This document shows positions 1 through 10,386 of a stretch of 64,000 bases of DNA, piece by piece (positions within the stretch are counted from its first letter, which is position 1; every line of letters begins with the position of its first letter). Under the pieces are notes generated by a model. That model was not told the origin of the DNA and ran no database searches. It was given only the letters and a program-made list of their open reading frames with translations. Where the stretch lies: assembly GCA_963740315.1 (NCBI GenBank), contig CAVUDP010000003.1, positions 320,001 through 384,000 on the forward strand, given 5' to 3'. The DNA is from an uncultured cyanobacterium. Its GTDB lineage: Bacteria > Cyanobacteriota > Cyanobacteriia > Cyanobacteriales > Nostocaceae. Position numbers and translations under genes: made by a program.

Positions 1-2021
1 AAAATCCGATTGATTGGTGGAATTGGTGCGATGAAGCGCTATCTACAGCTAAATTGCAAAATAAACCCATATTTCTCTCCATTGGTTATTCCAGCTGTCA
101 CTGGTGTACTGTAATGGAAGGAGAAGCTTTTTCAGATTTAGAAATAGCTGAATATATGAATGCTAATTTTCTTCCGATTAAAGTCGATCGCGAAGAAAGA
201 CCGGATATTGATAGCATTTATATGCAGTCTTTACAAATGATGAGCGGTCAAGGTGGTTGGCCCCTAAACGTTTTTCTTTCTCCTGATGACTTAGTACCAT
301 TTTACGCCGGAACCTATTTTCCTCCAGAAGAACGTTACGGTCGTCCCGGATTCTTGCAGGTATTGAAAGCAATCAGGCATTATTACGATACGGAAAAACA
401 AGACTTACAACAACGTAAAGCAGTTATTTTAGAATCGCTCCTCACCTCTGCGGTATTGCAAACCGAAACGGACGCTCTAAGAGAAGATAATCAATTATTA
501 AGACAAGGTTGGGAAGTTTTTACCGGAATCATCAAAAACAGGCAGCAGGGTAATAGTTTTCCTACGATCCCCTACGCACAGATGGCTTTGCAAGGAAGTA
601 GATTTGATTTTACATCGAGATACGATAGTAAACAAGTTTGCACCCAACGAGGATTAGACTTAGCACTCGGCGGAATTTTTGACCATGTAGCAGGTGGTTT
701 TCATCGTTATACAGTCGATCCCACCTGGACTGTACCCCATTTTGAGAAGATGCTTTACGATAACGGTCAGATAGTCGAATATCTGGCTAACTTGTGGAGC
801 GCGGGGATCGAACAACCGGCGTTTGAGAGAGCGATCGCCAAAACTGTAAAATGGCTGCAACGAGAAATGACAGCACCTCAAGGTTATTTCTACGCTGCTC
901 AAGATGCGGATAGTTTTATCACTCAAGAAGATTTGGAACCAGAAGAAGGCGCGTTTTACGTTTGGAGTTACAGCGAGTTAGAACAACTGCTAAATTCAGA
1001 AGAATTAACTCAACTGCAACAAAATTTTACAGTTACACCCAACGGTAACTTTGAAAATCAAAATGTTTTGCAGAGGCGTAACTCAGAAAAATTAAGCGAT
1101 GCCATAGAAGCGATTTTAGAGACATTGTTTGCTGCTCGTTATGGTAATAATAGTGAGGCGATCGAAACTTTTACTCCCGCTCGTAATAACCTTGAAGCAA
1201 AATCAAATAATTGGCAAGGTCGTATTCCAGCAGTTACAGATACTAAAATGATTGTTGCTTGGAATAGCTTAATGATTTCCGGTTTAGCGAGAGCTTATGC
1301 AGTATTCTCCCAACCAGAATACCTCGAACTGGCAACTCAAGCAGCCAAGTTTATCTTAGAGAATCAATTTGTTGATGGAAGATTTCACAGATTGAATTAC
1401 GAAGGAAAGCCTCACTTATTGGCACAATCCGAAGATTACGCTTTGTTTATCAAAGCCTTGTTAGATTTACATCAAGCTTCCTTAAAAACAGATAATCAAT
1501 CCGGATTATGGTTAGAGAAAGCGATTTCCCTCCAAGATGAATTTAACGAATATCTATGGAGTATCGAACTGGGAGGTTACTTCAATACCGCAAATGATGC
1601 CAGCCAAGAATTAATTGTACGAGAACGTAATTATATAGATAGTGCTACACCTTCGGCTAACGGCATCGCTTTATCGAATCTCGTGCGACTTACCTTAGTA
1701 ACAGATAATCTTCAATATTTAAATTTAGCAGAACAGGGATTAAAAGCGTTTCGCAGCGTCATGAATAACGCAACCCAAGCTTGTCCCAGTTTGTTTGTAG
1801 CCTTAGATTGGTATCGGAACTGTACCTTAATTCGTACCGAAAAACAGCGGATAAACTCGCTAATATCTAAGTTCTTACCCGTTGCAATGTTTGTCGAACA
1901 ATCCGATTTACCACAGAATAGCATCGGCTTAGTTTGCCAAGGATTAAAATGTCTAGCACCCGCCCAGAGTGAGGAGAAATTATTGGAGCAAGTAGTTTCT
2001 AGTTACACCAGAGGAGATTAG
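1..2021 (+). CDS. Thioredoxin-domain protein, YyaL/SSP411 (DUF255) family; 5' end lies outside the window
   Basis: Frame is open from nt 3 (NPIDWWNWCDEALSTAK) into the listed ORF; SIGYSSCHWC, KVDREERPDID, GGWPL and VPHFEKMLYDN motifs. Confidence 0.92.
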   Translation, partial: NPIDWWNWCDEALSTAKLQNKPIFLSIGYSSCHWCTVMEGEAFSDLEIAEYMNANFLPIKVDREERPDIDSIYMQSLQMMSGQGGWPLNVFLSPDDLVPFYAGTYFPPEERYGRPGFLQVLKAIRHYYDTEKQDLQQRKAVILESLLTSAVLQTETDALREDNQLLRQGWEVFTGIIKNRQQGNSFPTIPYAQMALQGSRFDFTSRYDSKQVCTQRGLDLALGGIFDHVAGGFHRYTVDPTWTVPHFEKMLYDNGQIVEYLANLWSAGIEQPAFERAIAKTVKWLQREMTAPQGYFYAAQDADSFITQEDLEPEEGAFYVWSYSELEQLLNSEELTQLQQNFTVTPNGNFENQNVLQRRNSEKLSDAIEAILETLFAARYGNNSEAIETFTPARNNLEAKSNNWQGRIPAVTDTKMIVAWNSLMISGLARAYAVFSQPEYLELATQAAKFILENQFVDGRFHRLNYEGKPHLLAQSEDYALFIKALLDLHQASLKTDNQSGLWLEKAISLQDEFNEYLWSIELGGYFNTANDASQELIVRERNYIDSATPSANGIALSNLVRLTLVTDNLQYLNLAEQGLKAFRSVMNNATQACPSLFVALDWYRNCTLIRTEKQRINSLISKFLPVAMFVEQSDLPQNSIGLVCQGLKCLAPAQSEEKLLEQVVSSYTRGD

Positions 2022-2156
2022 GGGATGGGGGGATGGGGGGATGGGGGGATGGGGAGATGGGGAGAGACAGGGAAGCGGACAAGGAGAAATATAATTATCA
2101 ACTCCTCACTCCTAACTCCTCACTCCTAACTCCTAACTCCTCACCCCTAACTCCCA
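2021..2156. repeat. Short tandemly repeated (STRR) heptamers GGGGATG/GGAGATG and ACTCCTA/ACTCCTC
   Basis: Tandem 7-mers directly visible after the stop codon. Confidence 0.85.
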
Positions 2157-2249
2157 ATACAAAATCTAAAACAAAAGCATCCGTTGTTAAAATCTAAAAT
2201 CCTTTGACCTTTGACACCCGTCCCCCCTAACCTATAATCTAACTGAATA

Positions 2250-2337
2250 ACTATTAACTATTAACTAGTTGCTGGTAACTGGTAACTGATTACTGGTAAC
2301 TGATTACTGATTACTGATTACTGATTACTGCTCACTG
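2250..2337. repeat. STRR heptamers CTATTAA/CTGGTAA/CTGATTA
   Basis: Tandem 7-mers immediately upstream of the ilvN start. Confidence 0.85.
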
Positions 2338-2856
2338 ATGAAACATACGCTTTCAGTACTTGTAGAAGATGAAGCGGGAGTTCTCTCGCGAATTTCTAGT
2401 TTATTTGCTCGTCGCGGCTTTAATATTGAAAGTTTGGCGGTTGGTCCTGCCGAACAATCGGGTATTTCTCGAATTACAATGGTTGTAGCTGGTGATGACC
2501 GTGTAATCGAACAACTTACTAAGCAACTATATAAGTTAATCAATGTTCTTAAAGTCCAGGACATTACTGAAATCCCTTGTGTCGAACGAGAATTAATGTT
2601 GATTAAAGTGAATGCTACCAGCATTAATCGTTCGGAAATTGTCGAATTAGCGACTATTTTTAGAGCGCGGGTGGTAGATGTTGCCGAAGATTCCTTAACT
2701 GTGGAAGTCGTCGGAGATCCAGGAAAAATAGTCGCGATCGGACAGGTACTGCAAAAATTTGGCTTGCGAGAAATTGCCCGTACCGGAAGAATTGCACTAA
2801 CTCGCGAGTCTGGTGTGAATACCGAATGGCTCAAGACTTTGCAAGCGAAAGTGTAG
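2338..2856 (+). CDS. ilvN: Acetolactate synthase small (regulatory) subunit
   Basis: [39 protein letters not shown] domain; C-terminal EIARTG. Confidence 0.97.
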   Translation: MKHTLSVLVEDEAGVLSRISSLFARRGFNIESLAVGPAEQSGISRITMVVAGDDRVIEQLTKQLYKLINVLKVQDITEIPCVERELMLIKVNATSINRSEIVELATIFRARVVDVAEDSLTVEVVGDPGKIVAIGQVLQKFGLREIARTGRIALTRESGVNTEWLKTLQAKV

Positions 2857-2924
2857 ATGTGAGTAGTGCGGGCTAGAAGCTCGCTATTCTTCTCTAAGTA
2901 ATTGTCCAAAATTAAGCATTTCGT

Positions 2925-3094
2925 CTAGTACCATACGGCTTAAATAGCGTACCCATTTTTTTTATGCACGGAAGTCGGGTTTTTAGAATACGTATCTGTA
3001 ATACATTACAAATTTTCTAAAAACCCGACTTCTAAACCGCAGCGTCGCATTTCTTCTTGTGGTTCAGAAGTCCGTTTATTATATGGGTACTAGG
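2925..3094. mobile_element. MITE/REP-like palindromic element
   Basis: Perfect 18-bp inverted repeat GAAGTCGGGTTTTTAGAA (2971-2988) / TTCTAAAAACCCGACTTC (3015-3032), plus imperfect outer inverted repeats GTACCCAT...ATGGGTAC. Confidence 0.55.
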
Positions 3095-4086
3095 TAGGGA
3101 AATAGGGAACGTTTATATAAGCTAGCAGTAAATATATTTTGAATGCGGGCTTGAATACTTATCAATATCCTCGCCCAGATAAACAAATAGCGATTCCCGT
3201 CCATCCGAACAACTTTAAATGATTACCTAATTTTCCCATCCCTCAATGCCTTATACTTAATAAAAATTATTTGTAAATTTACCAAAACATCAAATTAATG
3301 CCAAATTGGCATGACTTGACTGAAAAAAACTGATAAATATTATATAGAGAAAGAAAAAACAGCTAAATTAGCTACAGTAAGGATTATTTTATTTATTGCT
3401 TGTCTGATTTTTGATGCTGTTTATGAGGAATATCAATATCTACATTAATAATAACCGCTAACTAAATTACGGTTGTTAGAATGTTGATTTTTATAAAACA
3501 ATTTTTTGGTGCAAAATGGCAATGTAAAAAAAGCTAGTGCGTTGCGCGATACGTTTAGTTGGCGGTGAAACACTTGCGGTAGACGGGTTCCCCGGTATAA
3601 GCCTTCGTGTTGAACCCAGAGGCTGTGTTTTTAACTTTGTATAACTTCGTTTGATGTTAGCAATGCATTGTGGCAAGCTTGGAAATTCCCAAGTTGAATG
3701 CTAAAGAAACTAGATGACATAAGAATTAGTCGGAACATTCTATTTAAGATAATAAGTGGTTGTAGGTGCTTTCAACTTAGTGCATGAAAGTGCTGGTTTA
3801 TTTTGATGTTTAATCGTAGTAAATTCTTAGGAGAGAGAATGTGTCTACCCGATTGAATTAAGAGTTGTTAGATATTTGATAGAACCTATTTTTTTGAAGC
3901 GATCGTGCTTTTGAGGTAAATTTCAGTGGAATAATTAAATCAATTAGCTTTCTTAGTTGCCGCTTAAATATTATCTTTCTCTATCGACGATCGTTAGATA
4001 GGGTTGATTTGGTGATGCGTGCAAATAACTGATTTTTATATCCAAAGGTATGGTTGTGGCAAATTTCCCAGGAGGTATTCATAGCT

Positions 4087-6150
4087 ATGAATGGTTTATT
4101 CATGGTTTCTCATTGGCTGCTTGATAAATCAACAAAAGTTTTATTTCAGAACCTGTTGAAGCTGAGAAACCGTCATTTATTAATTTTCGATATTATTGTT
4201 TTCGCCATCACGCCGCTTTTAGCGCTGATACTGCGTAAGGACGGTGATTTAGCTCTTCAACCATACTTGTCCGATTTAGTAACGGCAACATTACTTTTTT
4301 TAATAGTTAAGATCGGTGTATTTTTCAGTTTTGGTTTTTATCGCCGTTACTGGCGTTATGCCGGTGTCGAAGAATTGACTTATGTCGCCATGTTGATAGT
4401 GGCTGCGGTGGTAATCCAAATTCTGCTATTTGATGTTGTCGATTTTACTCTGCCTTGGGCTGTAGATAGACTGCCGCGATCGCTACCATTTCTCGATGGA
4501 TTGCTATCAATAATTTTTATTGGTGCATTGCGTTTTAGCGTTCGAGTTGTTGAGAGAACCAGACATTCGCGTATAGCTTTTAATCCAGACTTTCATCAGC
4601 AAGGAGAACGAGTACTTATAATAGGTGCGGGAAGTGCCGGGGTAAGCCTCGTGCAGGAAATGCAAACAGCCCGTCGTCATTTGGGTTTTTGCCCCGTAGC
4701 CTTTATTGATGATGATAGAAGCAAGTTAAACGCACGCATTCGCGGAATCCATGTAGTTGGCGATCGCCATGCAATTCCTGATGTTTTAGAACCGTTGAGG
4801 GTGGATAAGGTAATTATTGCCATGCCATCGGTGAGCGGGGAAGTAATTCGAGAAATCGTCGATATTTGTAAATCTGCTGGAATACAAGCCTGTACCTTAC
4901 CGGGGATACATGAAATACTCAACGGTAAAGTCACCTTAAACAGCATTAGAGATGTAAGAATTGAGGATTTACTCAGACGCGAACCCGTACAAACAGAGAT
5001 TGAAAAAGTTGCTGAATTTATCAATGGAAAAAGAGTCTTAATTACAGGTGCGGGTGGTTCGATTGGTAGCGAACTTTGCCGTCAAATTTGCTCTTGTCAT
5101 CCGAAAGAAATTATGTTGGTGGGACATGGCGAAAATTCTGTTTTTAATATTCAACAAGAATTGAATCAGTTCGTACAAGTCTTAAATGAAAGTAGAAGTA
5201 CGGGACATGCGACTAGGATTCATGCATTTATTGCCGATATCCGCTTTAAAGATAGACTCAGAAACGCTTTTGATAAATTTCAGCCAGACGCTATTTTCCA
5301 TGCAGCAGCACACAAACACGTTCCGTTGATGGAAATGAATTCTCCAGAAGCAATTACCAACAACGTCATAGGTACTAAAAATTTAGTAGAAGAAGCATTG
5401 CGGTGCAATGTCAAGCACTTCGTAATGATTTCCACCGATAAAGCGGTTAATCCCACCAACATCATGGGTGCCAGTAAGAGAGTTGCGGAAATGGTGGTAC
5501 TGCAAGCGGCGAAACAAAGCGGTAAATCTTACCTTGTAGTACGCTTTGGTAACGTTTTGGGCAGTCGCGGTAGCGTAGTTCCTACTTTTAAAAAGCAAAT
5601 TGCCGCAGGTGGTCCGATAACGGTAACTCATCCAGATATCTGTCGTTACTTTATGACTATTCCCGAAGCAGTGCAGCTAGTTTTACAAGCAGCAGTTTTG
5701 GGTAGAGGCGGAGAAGTATTGATGCTCAACATGGGGGAGCCTGTAAAAATTGTCGATTTAGCCTCAGAGTTAATCCGGCTTTCCGGATACAGAGTAAATC
5801 AGGATATAGACATTGTTTTTACAGGCTTGCGACCGGGAGAGAAACTGTTTGAAGAGTTGTTTATAGAAGGAGAAGAATACGATCCAACCGAACATGAAAA
5901 ACTGTTTATGGTGAAGAATTCGAGCCGATTTATACCGAATACTTTGAATGTTTCCGTAGAAGCACTTCGTCAGGCAGCGGATAAAAATGATACGAATGCA
6001 ATCATCTTTTTGTTAGAGCAATTAGTGCCCGGTTATAAGCCTAAGTATTTGAATGATTGGGGGGAAAGAGAGACTTTGACTAATAGTAATTCTGCTGTAG
6101 ATCGGATGAATGAAAGTAGCCAGAGAAAGGTTGAACCGAAAAGTGCGTAA
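4087..6150 (+). CDS. Membrane-anchored nucleotide-sugar 4,6-dehydratase (CapD/WbpM/PglF family)
   Basis: N-terminal TM helices, IIGAGSAG, TGAGGSIGSEL, HAAAHKHVP, STDKAVNP, MGASK, RFGNVLGSRGS; start placed at ATG 4087 after GGAGG at 4071. Confidence 0.93.
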   Translation: MNGLFMVSHWLLDKSTKVLFQNLLKLRNRHLLIFDIIVFAITPLLALILRKDGDLALQPYLSDLVTATLLFLIVKIGVFFSFGFYRRYWRYAGVEELTYVAMLIVAAVVIQILLFDVVDFTLPWAVDRLPRSLPFLDGLLSIIFIGALRFSVRVVERTRHSRIAFNPDFHQQGERVLIIGAGSAGVSLVQEMQTARRHLGFCPVAFIDDDRSKLNARIRGIHVVGDRHAIPDVLEPLRVDKVIIAMPSVSGEVIREIVDICKSAGIQACTLPGIHEILNGKVTLNSIRDVRIEDLLRREPVQTEIEKVAEFINGKRVLITGAGGSIGSELCRQICSCHPKEIMLVGHGENSVFNIQQELNQFVQVLNESRSTGHATRIHAFIADIRFKDRLRNAFDKFQPDAIFHAAAHKHVPLMEMNSPEAITNNVIGTKNLVEEALRCNVKHFVMISTDKAVNPTNIMGASKRVAEMVVLQAAKQSGKSYLVVRFGNVLGSRGSVVPTFKKQIAAGGPITVTHPDICRYFMTIPEAVQLVLQAAVLGRGGEVLMLNMGEPVKIVDLASELIRLSGYRVNQDIDIVFTGLRPGEKLFEELFIEGEEYDPTEHEKLFMVKNSSRFIPNTLNVSVEALRQAADKNDTNAIIFLLEQLVPGYKPKYLNDWGERETLTNSNSAVDRMNESSQRKVEPKSA

Positions 6151-6237
6151 ATCTTTTGGAGGAAGAAAAAACAACTAATTCTGTGATAATAGTATGTTTG
6201 TAAAAGTTTACATTCACGGGATGTTTTTTCTAAAAGT

Positions 6238-7680
6238 ATGAAAATGAGCTTCAAAAAGTGCGTCAGTAGTTTATCTTTAATTGCGATTACTGGTATGGCT
6301 TATGGATGTCGGATTATGCCTTTAAATGCTTCTACAGTAGAGACTTCTTATTCCGAAAGTTTTGAGAATTTTCCTAATCCGGAAAGGGGATTTTATTTTC
6401 CGTTTAATCCAGAACCATATAGAGCTTTTTCTCCTTTAGAGCTATCTGATTTAGAAAAATATAGAAATGAAAATATTAGTTTAGTTCGTAGGTTTTATCT
6501 AATACCCGATCGATTAGCACCGCTACCTGAGTCTTTTCTAGATTTGGTATCGCAAGATTTGCAAACAGCCAGAGAGGGGGGAGTAAAGCTAATTATTCGC
6601 TTTACCTACAATTGGATCGGAGGTGGTGAAGATGCTTCAAAAGATATAATCCTTTCTCATGTGGAACAATTAGAACCTATATTTCGGGAAAACTACGATG
6701 CTATTGCATACCTTCAGGCAGGTTTTATCGGATATTGGGGAGAGTGGAATCGTTCGACAAATGGTTTACTGAACACTACAGATAAGAGAGATATCTTGTT
6801 TAAATTATTATCTGTAGTTCCATCTGAAAGAATGGTAGCTTTACGTTATCCCCACGATAAAACTCGTATTTACGATAATGAGAATCCGCTGACTTCTTCT
6901 GAAGCGTTTAGTGGCAGTAAGCGTTCTAGAACTGGTGCGGTAAACCAGTGTTTTTTAGCTAGTACAGACGATTGGGGTACTTATAAAAGTACAGATGCAA
7001 GTACTATCGAAGCACAAAAAACATTTCTAAGTCAGGATAATCAATATGTTGTACAAGGAGGCGAAACCTGCAACTCTGATAGCGAAGCCCAACCGTATAT
7101 AGGTTGCGACAATGCTTTAAAAGAATTAGAGCGAATGCATTGGAGTGATTTGAATTCTCGCTTTGAGAAAGGTGCATTGAATACTTGGGAAAACCAAGGT
7201 TGTATGGAGGAGATAAAACGCCGTTTAGGCTATCGATTCAAGCTTGTAAATTCAGAGATTTCTGACAATTTAAAACCGGGTGGAAAGTTTTTTGCCAAGT
7301 TTGAAGTAGAGAATGATGGTTGGGCTAGCCCATACAATCCGCGTTTATTAGAAGTCATTTTACGGAATCCTGAAACGAACCAAGAATATTATTTGCGGGT
7401 GAATGAAGATCCCCGGATGTGGTTGCCTGGTAGCAGCAATATTGTAAATGTAGAAGCTGGTTTACCTAAAAGTATTACTCCTGGAAAATATGATGTATCA
7501 ATAAATCTTCCAAATCCTGCACCTAGATTGTATAATCGCCCGAAATATTCAATTAGGCTAGCAAATGTAGATGTTTGGCAAGAGTCTACAGGATATAACT
7601 CCTTATTAAGGAGTCTGGTAGTAGATGAAAATGCACAGGGAGAAGAATATTCTGGTAACAATTATTTTCAATCACGTTAA
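6238..7680 (+). CDS. DUF4874/DUF4832-like putative lipoprotein, possible glycoside-hydrolase fold
   Basis: Lipobox-like ITGMAYGC; NPERGF, IIRFTY, QAGFIGYWGEW, GGET and RRLGYRF motifs. Confidence 0.75.
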   Translation: MKMSFKKCVSSLSLIAITGMAYGCRIMPLNASTVETSYSESFENFPNPERGFYFPFNPEPYRAFSPLELSDLEKYRNENISLVRRFYLIPDRLAPLPESFLDLVSQDLQTAREGGVKLIIRFTYNWIGGGEDASKDIILSHVEQLEPIFRENYDAIAYLQAGFIGYWGEWNRSTNGLLNTTDKRDILFKLLSVVPSERMVALRYPHDKTRIYDNENPLTSSEAFSGSKRSRTGAVNQCFLASTDDWGTYKSTDASTIEAQKTFLSQDNQYVVQGGETCNSDSEAQPYIGCDNALKELERMHWSDLNSRFEKGALNTWENQGCMEEIKRRLGYRFKLVNSEISDNLKPGGKFFAKFEVENDGWASPYNPRLLEVILRNPETNQEYYLRVNEDPRMWLPGSSNIVNVEAGLPKSITPGKYDVSINLPNPAPRLYNRPKYSIRLANVDVWQESTGYNSLLRSLVVDENAQGEEYSGNNYFQSR

Positions 7681-7699
7681 TTAATTTCCCAAGTCAATC

Positions 7700-9070
7700 A
7701 TGAAAATGTTTCTCCCACAAAACTTACGTGCTTATTGGAAGCAACTGACAACTAGTTCAATCAACAAAAAGATTTTTGCAGCAGCCCTTACGGTTGGCTT
7801 GGGAACGGGGTTAGTTAAAATCGCGGCTGTGGGAAAAGAATTAGTAGTAGCTTGGAGTTTTGGTACAGGTGATGCTGTAGATGCCTTTTTAATAGCTTTA
7901 ATAGTACCTTTTTTTATTATTAATGTGGTAGCGAGTTCTTTTGATGCTGCATTAATTCCAACTTATATTCGAGTTAGAGAAACAGATGGTACAGCTTCGG
8001 CTCAAAAACTGTTCTCTAACGTTACAATTTGGAGTTTGGGACTATTAGGAAGTACAACGATATTAATGGTAGTTACAGCCCCACTGTATCTACCTTTGAT
8101 TGCATCTGGTTTTAGTACCCAAAAGTTAGAACTGACATATAAGTTGCTATATGCACTTGCGCCTGTAGTCTTACTTAATAGTATTACCACTATTTGGAGT
8201 GCAGTCTTGAATGCCATAGAGCGTTTTGCACTAGCAGCTATTGTTCCAATTTTAACTCCAGCTATTACTATTCTCCTACTATTAATATTTCATGATTGGG
8301 GAATATTTGCCTTGGCAGGAGGATTAGCAGGTGGGGCATTTTTAGAACTAATCTTGTTGGGATTTGCATTAAATCGGCAAGGTATTTCATTGTTGCCAAA
8401 ATGGCATGGTTTCGACAATCACTTGCGTCAAGTGACTTCTCAATATGTTCCAATGATTGCAGGATCTTGTTTAATTAATACTACAGGTCTTATAGACCAA
8501 TCAATGGCAGCAATGTTATCTCCTGGTAGCGTTGCTGCGCTCAATTATGGTAATAGGATAATTGCATTTGTACTTGGTTTAACTACGACAGCGTTAAGTA
8601 CTGCTGTGATTCCGTATTTTTCTAAGATGGTTGCTAATAGTAATTGGCAAGATATTAATCATACCCTTAAGCGGTATCTTTATTTAATTATTATTTGTAC
8701 AGTTCCTTTAACAATCTGTTTATATTTCTTTTCTGAACATATTACTCAAATAATTTTTCAAAGAGGAGAATTTGGTTTTCAAGATACTATTGTGGTGAGT
8801 GATATTCAGAAATTTTACGCATTACAGATTCCTTTTTACATTGCCAATATTTTAGTAGTAAGGATGATATCTGCTTTACAAGCAAATCAAATATTAATGT
8901 GGGTATCAGCTGTTAACTTGAGTGCGAATATAGTTTTTAATCTTGTATTAAGTAAATTTTTAGGAATATCGGGTATTGCCTTATCTACAAGTGGTATGTA
9001 TATTGTTTGTTTATGTATGACATATTTTTCGCTTTTATATCTGTTAAAAAAACGCCAATTATTGAATTAG
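7700..9070 (+). CDS. MurJ/MviN-like MOP-family flippase (likely repeat-unit flippase)
   Basis: 12+ hydrophobic helices; FGTGDAVDAF, GSVAALNYG, IFQRGEF motifs. Confidence 0.85.
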   Translation: MKMFLPQNLRAYWKQLTTSSINKKIFAAALTVGLGTGLVKIAAVGKELVVAWSFGTGDAVDAFLIALIVPFFIINVVASSFDAALIPTYIRVRETDGTASAQKLFSNVTIWSLGLLGSTTILMVVTAPLYLPLIASGFSTQKLELTYKLLYALAPVVLLNSITTIWSAVLNAIERFALAAIVPILTPAITILLLLIFHDWGIFALAGGLAGGAFLELILLGFALNRQGISLLPKWHGFDNHLRQVTSQYVPMIAGSCLINTTGLIDQSMAAMLSPGSVAALNYGNRIIAFVLGLTTTALSTAVIPYFSKMVANSNWQDINHTLKRYLYLIIICTVPLTICLYFFSEHITQIIFQRGEFGFQDTIVVSDIQKFYALQIPFYIANILVVRMISALQANQILMWVSAVNLSANIVFNLVLSKFLGISGIALSTSGMYIVCLCMTYFSLLYLLKKRQLLN

Positions 9071-9080
9071 AGGATTAAAA

Positions 9081-10202
9081 ATGCGGGTAAGTTTTGTCAC
9101 TACTTCTTTATCATGTGGAGGAGCAGAGCGAGCAGTTGTTTTGTTAGCAGAAGGTTTTATTCAGAAAGGGATAAAAGTAGACGTAATTACATTAGCAGGG
9201 AAAGATGATGATTTTTATACATTATCTAATGATGTAAATAGAGTTGCGTTAGATATTACTGGCAAATCACCTACTCCAGTTCATGCTATTGGAAATAACT
9301 TATATCGTCTTAGGATTTTGAGAAAAACAATTTGTTCGCTAAAACCTGATTTAGTTATATCAGTACTCTATACGGCGAACATATTAACACTATTATCTTT
9401 AAGTCAAACAAAATTTATAGTGATTGCTAACGAGCAAAATAATCCTACTGCCAGTCTGAATAATTTATGGAAAGTATTACAGCGATTTACTTATCCTAAA
9501 GCATCTAAAGTTGTTAGTATTAGCAAAGGGGTTAATGCTTACTTTGACTGGTTACCAACAAAAAAAAAGTCAGTTATATATAACCCATTAACATCTATTA
9601 ATGATGACAAAAACATAGTTAACTTACCATTAAATATCGACCCAAATAAAAAGTGGATTGTCGCTATGGGTAGATTGGTTGAGCAAAAAAATTTTAATAT
9701 GCTACTATCAGCATTTCATAAAATTGCAGATAAATACCCAGATTGGCAATTGTTAATAATTGGAGAAGGAGAACTTCGTTGTCAATTAGAAGAATTAAGA
9801 GACAAACTAGGATTAACCAACCAAGTGTTCTTTCCTGGACGTATAAATAATCCTTTTCCCATATTAAAAGAATCAGAATTGTTTGTGCTTTCTTCTCGTT
9901 ATGAAGGTTTAGCAATGGTTTTATTAGAAGCGATGGCTTGCGGGCTACCAATTATTTCTACTGATTGTCCTAGTGGACTATCAGAGATAATTCGTGATGG
10001 AATTGATGGAATTTTAGTTCCTAATGAAGATCTGTCTGCATTAACTACAGCTATGGATCGGCTGATGTCTAATGAGGAACAACGAAAACGTCTGGCTATC
10101 CGTGCGCCGGAAGTAAAGCAACGCTTTGGTTTAGAGAAAATAGTAGCGCAATGGGAAGCATTAATTAACGAGTTAGTTCAAGAAAAAAATCATTATGTGT
10201 GA
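9081..10202 (+). CDS. Glycosyltransferase family 4 (AmsD/PglH-like)
   Basis: GGAER, GRLVEQK and SRYEGLAMVLLEAM (EX7E). Confidence 0.92.
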   Translation: MRVSFVTTSLSCGGAERAVVLLAEGFIQKGIKVDVITLAGKDDDFYTLSNDVNRVALDITGKSPTPVHAIGNNLYRLRILRKTICSLKPDLVISVLYTANILTLLSLSQTKFIVIANEQNNPTASLNNLWKVLQRFTYPKASKVVSISKGVNAYFDWLPTKKKSVIYNPLTSINDDKNIVNLPLNIDPNKKWIVAMGRLVEQKNFNMLLSAFHKIADKYPDWQLLIIGEGELRCQLEELRDKLGLTNQVFFPGRINNPFPILKESELFVLSSRYEGLAMVLLEAMACGLPIISTDCPSGLSEIIRDGIDGILVPNEDLSALTTAMDRLMSNEEQRKRLAIRAPEVKQRFGLEKIVAQWEALINELVQEKNHYV

Positions 10203-10320
10203 ATACAATCAAAACAGCCAATACCCACATACTGTTTTTGCTCCTACTTATAACCACGCTCATACACTCGATCGAGTTTATGAAAGCTTAGAAGCACAAA
10301 CATACAGAGATGAAATATAA
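10195..10320 (+). pseudogene. Truncated relic of a family 2 glycosyltransferase (41 codons)
   Basis: Translates MCEYNQNSQYPHTVFAPTYNHAHTLDRVYESLEAQTYRDEI*, matching the GT2 N-terminus (xVxTPTYNRxxxLxRxxxSLxxQT); start overlaps the upstream stop (ATGTGTGA); ends before the DDGS motif. Confidence 0.8.
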
Positions 10321-10386
10321 ATATAGCAAATAGTTGATACAGGTATTAGGAATAATTAAAAATAAAAAAATTGGATTAAAAAATAA

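Noticed and set aside
2325..2909. 194-aa minus-strand ORF and the other antisense ORFs inside long genes
   Set aside because: Shadow frames of well-supported genes such as ilvN
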